Program-made: the position numbers and the translations under genes | Shown here: positions 7,274 to 12,287 of the stretch, piece by piece | Layout of the letters: the number at the start of each line of letters is the position of its first letter | How positions within the stretch are numbered: position 1 is the stretch's first letter | Notes under the pieces: generated by a model | The model's input: only the letters and a program-made list of their open reading frames with translations | What the model was told of the DNA's origin: nothing | The model's database searches: none | Source of the DNA: Candidatus Undinarchaeota archaeon | Lineage (GTDB): Archaea; SpSt-1190; JASMDC01 | Assembly: GCA_964519305.1 (NCBI GenBank) | Contig: CAZFHY010000034.1 | Coordinates: 1-12,287 of the forward strand | Direction of reading: 5' to 3' | Length of the DNA: 12,287 nucleotides

Positions 7274-7314
7274 ATATCGGTCACTAATTTTGTAAAGTGA
7301 CCGATATATTTAAA
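7274..7314 (+). promoter_or_regulatory. perfect 12-bp inverted repeat (10-nt spacer) abutting the TATA box of the ATPase gene
   Basis: ATATCGGTCACT-aattttgtaa-AGTGACCGATAT (7274-7307), then TATTTAAA (7307-7314) at -32..-25 from ATG 7339. Confidence 0.75.
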
Positions 7315-7338
7315 CACATGGGCTGCCCATATCTATCC

Positions 7339-8628
7339 ATGGAAAAGGAGATGATCATCGAGATACTGGGGGATTGGAACCCTTGGGAGAGGGACCATGA
7401 TGCGGGTGTATACAGGGAGGATTATCTTTCAAGATTGGACAGACTGGTGCTCACTGATCAGGTCGTCGCCATCACGGGTGTAAGGAGAAGCGGCAAGTCC
7501 ACGTTAATGAGGCAATTCATCAAGAGACGGATCGTCAATGGAGAGCCCAGGACATCCTTCTTGTATGTCAACTTCGAGGAGCCCAGGTTCGCGGATTCAC
7601 TCTCCCTTGAATTCCTGCAGCAGGTATACGATGCCTATATCGAGATAGTTAGACCTGAGGGAGTTCCGTATGTCCTGTTGGACGAGGTCCAGAACGTCCC
7701 GAACTGGGAACGGTTCGCAAGGGCCCTGCATGAAAGGAAGGATGCTCACGTTCTCGTTTCGGGCTCCACTTCCCGACTGCTCAGTAGGGAGTTGGGAACC
7801 CTGCTCACGGGAAGATGGGTCGAGCTGAAGGTATTTCCACTGGATTTCCGGGAATTCCTTCAGTTCAATGGATTGAGGCTGGAAACCAAGCTGGATGTGC
7901 TTTCACAAAGGGTCCGAATACGCCAGCTGCTCAGGGATTATCTGGAGTTCGGCGGCTTTCCGTTGGTGGCATTGAAGGGGGAGAAGAAGGAGATACTCAG
8001 AAGGTATTTTGATGACATCATGGTCAGGGATGTTGCACAAAGGCATAGGATACGGAGGGTGGATAGGCTCAACTCGCTTGCCAGGTACTACCTGACGAAC
8101 TTCTCGTCCTGTATCTCGTACCGAAGAATCGCCAAGTTCATAGGGTTGAGCCTGGACAGCGTAGAACGCTTTTCCTCCTACCTGACGGATGCCTGCATGG
8201 TATCGTTCGTTCCCAAGTTCGCCTATTCCTTGAAGGAACAGGAAGTGAACCCGAGAAAGGTGTACGGCATCGATCCGGGTCTATCGAACGTGGTCAGCTT
8301 CAGGTTCAGCGACAACATAGGCAGGTTATACGAGAACCTGGTGTTCCTCTACCTGATGAGAAAGGGGATGGAGGTCTATTACTACAGGAACAAGGGTGAG
8401 TGCGACTTCGTGGTAAAGGAGGGTCAGGATGTCACTCAGGTCATCCAGGTCTCATACCGTCTGGACGAGAACAGGGAGCGTGAGCTCAAAGGGCTGCTGG
8501 AGGCGATGGATGCCTTCGGACTGGAGCAGGGGTCGATCATAACGGATGATCATGATGCCAGGGAAAAGGTGAACGGAAAGATGATCCGGTTCATCCCCCT
8601 GTGGAAGTGGCTGCTGGAGGACCGATGA
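7339..8628 (+). CDS. AAA+ ATPase, AAA_14 + DUF4143 type, with HTH-like middle and PD-(D/E)XK-like C-terminus
   Basis: WNPW, Walker A GVRRSGKST, YVNFEEPR, Walker B LLDEVQ, VSGS, LTGR, PLDFREF, GGFP, RKVYGIDPGL, GRLYENLV and ECDFVV...IQVS. Visibly less GC-rich than its neighbours. Confidence 0.92.
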   Translation: MEKEMIIEILGDWNPWERDHDAGVYREDYLSRLDRLVLTDQVVAITGVRRSGKSTLMRQFIKRRIVNGEPRTSFLYVNFEEPRFADSLSLEFLQQVYDAYIEIVRPEGVPYVLLDEVQNVPNWERFARALHERKDAHVLVSGSTSRLLSRELGTLLTGRWVELKVFPLDFREFLQFNGLRLETKLDVLSQRVRIRQLLRDYLEFGGFPLVALKGEKKEILRRYFDDIMVRDVAQRHRIRRVDRLNSLARYYLTNFSSCISYRRIAKFIGLSLDSVERFSSYLTDACMVSFVPKFAYSLKEQEVNPRKVYGIDPGLSNVVSFRFSDNIGRLYENLVFLYLMRKGMEVYYYRNKGECDFVVKEGQDVTQVIQVSYRLDENRERELKGLLEAMDAFGLEQGSIITDDHDAREKVNGKMIRFIPLWKWLLEDR

Positions 8629-8689
8629 ACGGGCAGAGCGTTTGATGGCGACGATATCCTCCCGGAAGGCCGTGCTTGCACAGGGGACC

Positions 8690-8968
8690 TTCCGCACGGT
8701 ACAGATCCCCATCCCGGTGAGCCGCGCGACCTCTTGTTTCGTATGACCTGCTTCGAGCAGGACCTGTACCTTGTGTCGACTCAGCATTGGCTTCATTCGC
8801 GACATCTCCGGAGGACTATCCGGAGCGGGGTTCTTTTGCTCTTCTCTCATGGGTCCGCCTCCGTTCCCAACCTACCATAATTTCCGGAATGGGACCTACC
8901 ATATTTTACGGAACCGACACCTATCATAATTTCCGGAATGGGACCTACCATATTTTACGGAACCGACA
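8690..8968 (-). mobile_element. truncated IS21-family-like element: left end plus N-terminal HTH of IstA
   Basis: The end begins 5'-TGTCGGTTCCGTAAAATATGGTAGG and has internal 19-bp repeats about 24 bp apart. It is followed by MKPMLSRHKVQVLLEAGHTKQEVARLTGMGICTVRKV (ATG 8796), which resembles IstA N-termini. No DDE domain, istB or right end is visible, and the inner boundary is approximate. Confidence 0.7.
8871..8968. repeat. 49-bp tandem duplication containing four 19-bp sub-repeats
   Basis: 8871-8919 and 8920-8968 match at 48/49 nt. Sub-repeats CCTAYCATAWTTTMCGGAA start at 8871, 8895, 8920 and 8944. Confidence 0.95.
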
Positions 8969-8999
8969 CGAGCCAATGCGCCCTGCCAGGACCTAGGCC
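8969..8999 (+). repeat. 31-bp direct repeat, copy 2, directly abutting the IS terminus
   Basis: CGAGCCAATGCGCCCTGCCAGGACCTAGGCC; encodes the same EPMRPART* as copy 1. Confidence 0.9.
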
Positions 9000-9122
9000 G
9001 GTTGCTCTCCGGCATGCCCGAGATCGTGCCGATCGATGAGGTCCGATCCCTTCTTCTGACGTGCCACGCCATACTGCGACATACCGTGTTCGTTGATGAT
9101 AACAGAGAAGGCCGATAACTAC

Positions 9123-10805
9123 TCAGGGAGGTATGCCCTCCCTGCACGCATCCTCCCGCCTGTACACAACGGCACCTGAAGCCTCGAACACCGTCGTGAA
9201 GCACGGCCCATCGAACGCCCCCCTGTTGAGGTGCCTCCGGTGGCTCGTGAACACGTAGAGCGGATCGGGATGCTTCGCGAGGGCCGCTACCACCCGGTCA
9301 TGATCGCCCGAGGATAAGATGGTACGCCACTCGGCGGCCGTGAACCTGCTCCACCAGAGGTACCCGGGGAGGAGCACGCGTCTCTGCGAGTACAGGGCCA
9401 GCGTCGCGTCCTGGGAGACGGCGACGACCTCGGCGTCCCCCGGTATCCCCTCCTGCATCCACACAGCAGCGCGAACTGTCTCCATGGGGAAACGGATGGT
9501 GTGCGCCTCGCCCGTCACAAAGGCCAGCTGGGCCGTGGCGGGGACGAGAAGTGCCGCTGCTGCGACGGCCATCGCTGCCCGGTCACCCCTCCGTCCGCGC
9601 CATTCCCGCATGAGGAGGGCCGCGCCGACCGATGCGGCGATGACGGCCGTGAGGTCGAGCGTGGCAACGAAGCGGTGGTAGAAGAACAACTCGAATGTGG
9701 TGTTGACGAGGCAGAACACGAGCGATGCGGCGAGGAGGGGTGTGTGGCGCAGGAGGGACCAGAGCGAGTATGTCGCGAGGAGGAGTAGGAGCGGACCGAT
9801 CCCGCTCGCCTGCTCGATATCGATGAACGTGCCGGACGAACCGTAGGCCATGCCGAGGGTGCGGACGACGACGAGGGAGAACGATCCGTGGAGCGGGACG
9901 AGGAACAGGAGCCCGGCGATCGCGAGGGCGGCGACGTGACCTCTCCTCGCACCGCTGTCGAAGACGGCCACGGCCCCGAGGGCGAGGGCCGCGGCGAGGA
10001 ACTCGGCACGGTGGGTCAGGAGGAGGGTCCCGCCGATGAGACCTCTGACAGCCGTCGGCACGGGGAGCAGGAGCGTGAGCAGGAGGAACTGTCCGAGCGT
10101 CGTCTTGAGGTAGCACTTCGAGGCGACGAGGAACTGAACGGAAGAGGTGAGATAGAGAAGGGCCGCAAGGAACCCGGCCGATGTCCCGCCCGCCCGGCGT
10201 CCGAGGACGAACACGGGGACTGCCGTGAGGGCCGTAAGGCCGAACTGTACGAGGTACATGAAACCCGAAGGGCCCATGTCCGTGAGGAGGGACAAGGTCC
10301 CGTAGAGGACGTAGAGCCCGGGCGGGTGGTGGGTGCGCAGGTAGGGCGAGAGGTGCGGGTAGGCGACGTCGGGGAGCGCGGACCGGTAGGCCGAGAACAG
10401 GTAGTAGTACTGCCCCGTGTCGTACCCCGGCAAGTGGGCGACGGGCTCCCCCCACATCGACCGTGTGAAGAGCGCCAGACCGATGATCACGAAGAGGGCG
10501 AGGAGGGTTCCTGTCGCGGACCGTCGTACCCGCGGTCGGGTCAGCTGTCCAAGGGCGCTGTGGACGGGAGCCGCCATCACGACCAGAACGCCGGCGAGGG
10601 CAAGAAGGTGTCGGGGCGGTGCGACGTGCGAGGAGACGAGCCCGAGGGCCGTTGCGGGAGTGGTGAGCGAGATTAGGGCGACGACAGCGAGCACGGCGAG
10701 CGTCAGGCATGGAAGCCATGTTCCGATGAGGTAGCGATACCGTCCCTGCCCCGTGAGCCTCTCCTCCATCCGGCCCGTCGTGACGTACATCCGGTCCCCC
10801 CGCAT
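9123..10805 (-). CDS. multi-pass membrane glycosyltransferase, GT-C fold (PMT/ArnT-like)
   Basis: Many hydrophobic helices, first-loop GYDTGQYY and HPPGLY motifs, AGFLAALLY segment, and a soluble C-terminal domain (AAVWMQEGIPGDAEVVA). The start could be 10805 or 10790. Confidence 0.75.
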   Translation of the reverse strand: MRGDRMYVTTGRMEERLTGQGRYRYLIGTWLPCLTLAVLAVVALISLTTPATALGLVSSHVAPPRHLLALAGVLVVMAAPVHSALGQLTRPRVRRSATGTLLALFVIIGLALFTRSMWGEPVAHLPGYDTGQYYYLFSAYRSALPDVAYPHLSPYLRTHHPPGLYVLYGTLSLLTDMGPSGFMYLVQFGLTALTAVPVFVLGRRAGGTSAGFLAALLYLTSSVQFLVASKCYLKTTLGQFLLLTLLLPVPTAVRGLIGGTLLLTHRAEFLAAALALGAVAVFDSGARRGHVAALAIAGLLFLVPLHGSFSLVVVRTLGMAYGSSGTFIDIEQASGIGPLLLLLATYSLWSLLRHTPLLAASLVFCLVNTTFELFFYHRFVATLDLTAVIAASVGAALLMREWRGRRGDRAAMAVAAAALLVPATAQLAFVTGEAHTIRFPMETVRAAVWMQEGIPGDAEVVAVSQDATLALYSQRRVLLPGYLWWSRFTAAEWRTILSSGDHDRVVAALAKHPDPLYVFTSHRRHLNRGAFDGPCFTTVFEASGAVVYRREDACREGIPP

Positions 10806-10853
10806 GCCCCAGAAACGCTAACCATTAAGAAGGTGACAATGCGCGCGTTGCCG

Positions 10854-11342
10854 TTAGGCTTGCATACCCATGGCGATGAGGACAAGGATGATGATGTAGC
10901 ATCCTAGCGTGAAGAGGGTTCCCACCAGCCTCTTGGAGTCGTCCGAGGCCTGCTGGTCGATCCTCGACATCATTCCGTGAATGGGCATGACACCGATAAG
11001 GCCTACCCCGATGATGGAGGAGAAGCTGACGTTGAGCTTGACGAGCTCGAGGAACGGTGCCCGCATGAAGTAGTCGATGTAGGCCATGGCGAGCATCGAC
11101 CAGTGGATCGAGCTGCAGCGAGGGCAGAAATGACCGCCGCACTTGCAGAGCAGATGATCGGGCGAGTAGATCTGGATCAGATGGAGGAAGCCGAAGGCAC
11201 CCGTGATGACTATCAGCCGAGCAAGACTCGGATCGGCGATTATTGCCGTCGTGGCCCCGAAGATGATGAGGACTACGCAGAAGAAAGCACACATAAGATT
11301 GAATATGACGACCTGGACGCTATGATTCGCTTGCGCACTCAT
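10854..11342 (-). CDS. DUF2085-like membrane protein with CxxC motifs
   Basis: About five hydrophobic segments. FCPRCSSIHW resembles the DUF2085 'CARCxGI' motif and MPIHG...SDDSKRLVGTL resembles its 'PxxxDG...SNNxxRxxTG' motif. Recalled similarity, not searched. Confidence 0.6.
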   Translation of the reverse strand: MSAQANHSVQVVIFNLMCAFFCVVLIIFGATTAIIADPSLARLIVITGAFGFLHLIQIYSPDHLLCKCGGHFCPRCSSIHWSMLAMAYIDYFMRAPFLELVKLNVSFSSIIGVGLIGVMPIHGMMSRIDQQASDDSKRLVGTLFTLGCYIIILVLIAMGMQA

Positions 11343-11529
11343 CGCTCCCGCTCACCCCGTGGGGTGATGACGCGCATGCGAACGCGATGAGGACGAGAGC
11401 GCAGATCATGAGAGCGGTACCCAGAGCGCGGTTCGCTGGAAAGAGGACGTAGCCGCCAACGAAGTTGATGGCCGCGACCACGGTCTGGATCATTGCCTTC
11501 CCGGTGTTCGTGACCATGGACGATAGCAC
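11320..11529 (-). CDS. small two-TM hypothetical protein
   Basis: Hydrophobic segments MIQTVVAAINFVGGYVLF and ALGTALMICALVLIAFAC. AAAACG-TTTTAAAG (BRE/TATA) lies at -32..-25 from GTG 11529. It overlaps the next gene by 23 nt. Confidence 0.65.
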   Translation of the reverse strand: MLSSMVTNTGKAMIQTVVAAINFVGGYVLFPANRALGTALMICALVLIAFACASSPHGVSGSDECASES

Positions 11530-11826
11530 CTAAGTCGGATGGGAACCGTAATCCTTTAAAACGTTTTGGCGGAGCGCTCGCCGGACCGTCCACGAGAGTG
11601 GGAGGTGATTCCACGCCATGTCCGCAGCGCACCATCACACATGCATGCCCGGTCCCCATACGAGAAGTCTATGAGGCCCAACCCCTATAAAGGGATTTCG
11701 GTTATTATACCTTAATAAGGGCTATCCTTCCTTATTCCTCGATAAATAGAACGGAAATCGCGTTTTTTTCGCATAATAGGTCGGAGCATACGTTGTCACC
11801 CCCAGTGACAACGCTATCTTTGAATA

Positions 11827-12287
11827 TCAGGGTATCTCGATGAAGGATACGTCGATGGTGGTGGAGTTCGTGATCCCGTCGACGTCGGCGCACGAACTCT
11901 GCACTGAGAGGGTCCTGTTGGTCGAGTCCAGGTCGTAGCCGCAGGTTGTGAGGTTGATGCCGACGATGCCCATCTCGTACCTGCTGGTCCCGGGGTTCAG
12001 GTGGATGCCGTAGGCACGGCAGTCGGTGACGTTGGGCATGTCGTCGATCTCGAGCATGGCCCTCAGGAGCGGCCCGTCCACCAGGTCCTCGCAGGTGACG
12101 TGGAGGCATACCGTGTCGTTCCAGGTGGCTGACGCGTTGAGGTTGCACGGCGATCCGTCGTAGGCGACGTACGCCGATCCCGTGGCGAACGTGTCGTTGG
12201 CCACGTTGCCAGCGTTGTCCTCTGCCACGGAGGCGTAGAAGTACTCGGTGCCAGATGCGACGGTGGTGTCGTTGTAGCCTGTGGCGG
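11827..12287 (-). CDS. C-terminal part of a large secreted or surface glycoprotein with an FN3-like repeat; start lies beyond the right edge
   Basis: The frame is open to the edge. YNDTTVASGTEYFYASVAEDNAGN is FN3-like. Eight N-x-S/T sequons occur in about 150 aa, with several Cys. Confidence 0.8.
   Translation of the reverse strand, partial: ATGYNDTTVASGTEYFYASVAEDNAGNVANDTFATGSAYVAYDGSPCNLNASATWNDTVCLHVTCEDLVDGPLLRAMLEIDDMPNVTDCRAYGIHLNPGTSRYEMGIVGINLTTCGYDLDSTNRTLSVQSSCADVDGITNSTTIDVSFIEIP

Noticed and set aside
6967-7287. Phe-rich 106-aa plus-strand ORF
   Set aside because: It is the antisense shadow of the AAG/AAA Lys codons on the minus strand.
8871-8968. Possible mini-CRISPR or iteron array
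   Set aside because: Intervals are only 5-6 nt and are themselves repeated. The TG terminus and adjacent IstA-like HTH explain it as an IS end.
9515-10734. Several long overlapping ORFs, also at 982-1566, 2757-3431, 4290-5531 and 6089-6774
   Set aside because: They are GC-rich shadow frames of well-supported genes and carry no recognisable motifs.
11339-11659. 106-aa minus-strand ORF with a TATA-like element upstream
   Set aside because: Its Arg/His/Gly-rich second half is typical of an off-frame read over the 2-TM gene, which has its own promoter.
11680-11790. Replication origin or dif site
   Set aside because: No ORB-like TTCCAxTGGAA boxes, no adjacent cdc6/orc1 and no 11-6-11 Xer site could be identified.

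Overview
GC-rich archaeal chromosomal window, judged from the deoxyhypusine synthase, RtcA, TATA boxes about 25-30 nt before start codons and GGTGA ribosome-binding sites. The left part carries housekeeping genes (dys, PfkB kinase, rtcA, a SerA-like dehydrogenase, an M20 deacylase) interleaved with low-complexity orphans. These are a PH-domain Q/P-rich protein missed by the ORF track, a 138-aa protein with three 17-aa repeats, and a membrane-anchored surface protein. The middle (6794-8999) is a mosaic accessory segment. An unannotated 44-aa CxxC zinc-finger ORF has its last 31 bp repeated 2068 bp downstream with only synonymous differences. Between the two copies lie a broken Lys-rich membrane-protein remnant, an AAA_14/DUF4143-type ATPase preceded by a perfect 12-bp inverted repeat, and a truncated IS21-like element whose 49-bp left end is tandemly duplicated. 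The right part holds a GT-C glycosyltransferase, a DUF2085-like membrane protein, a small 2-TM protein and the C-terminus of an FN3-like, sequon-rich surface protein. All calls come from manual motif reading; no database searches were run.
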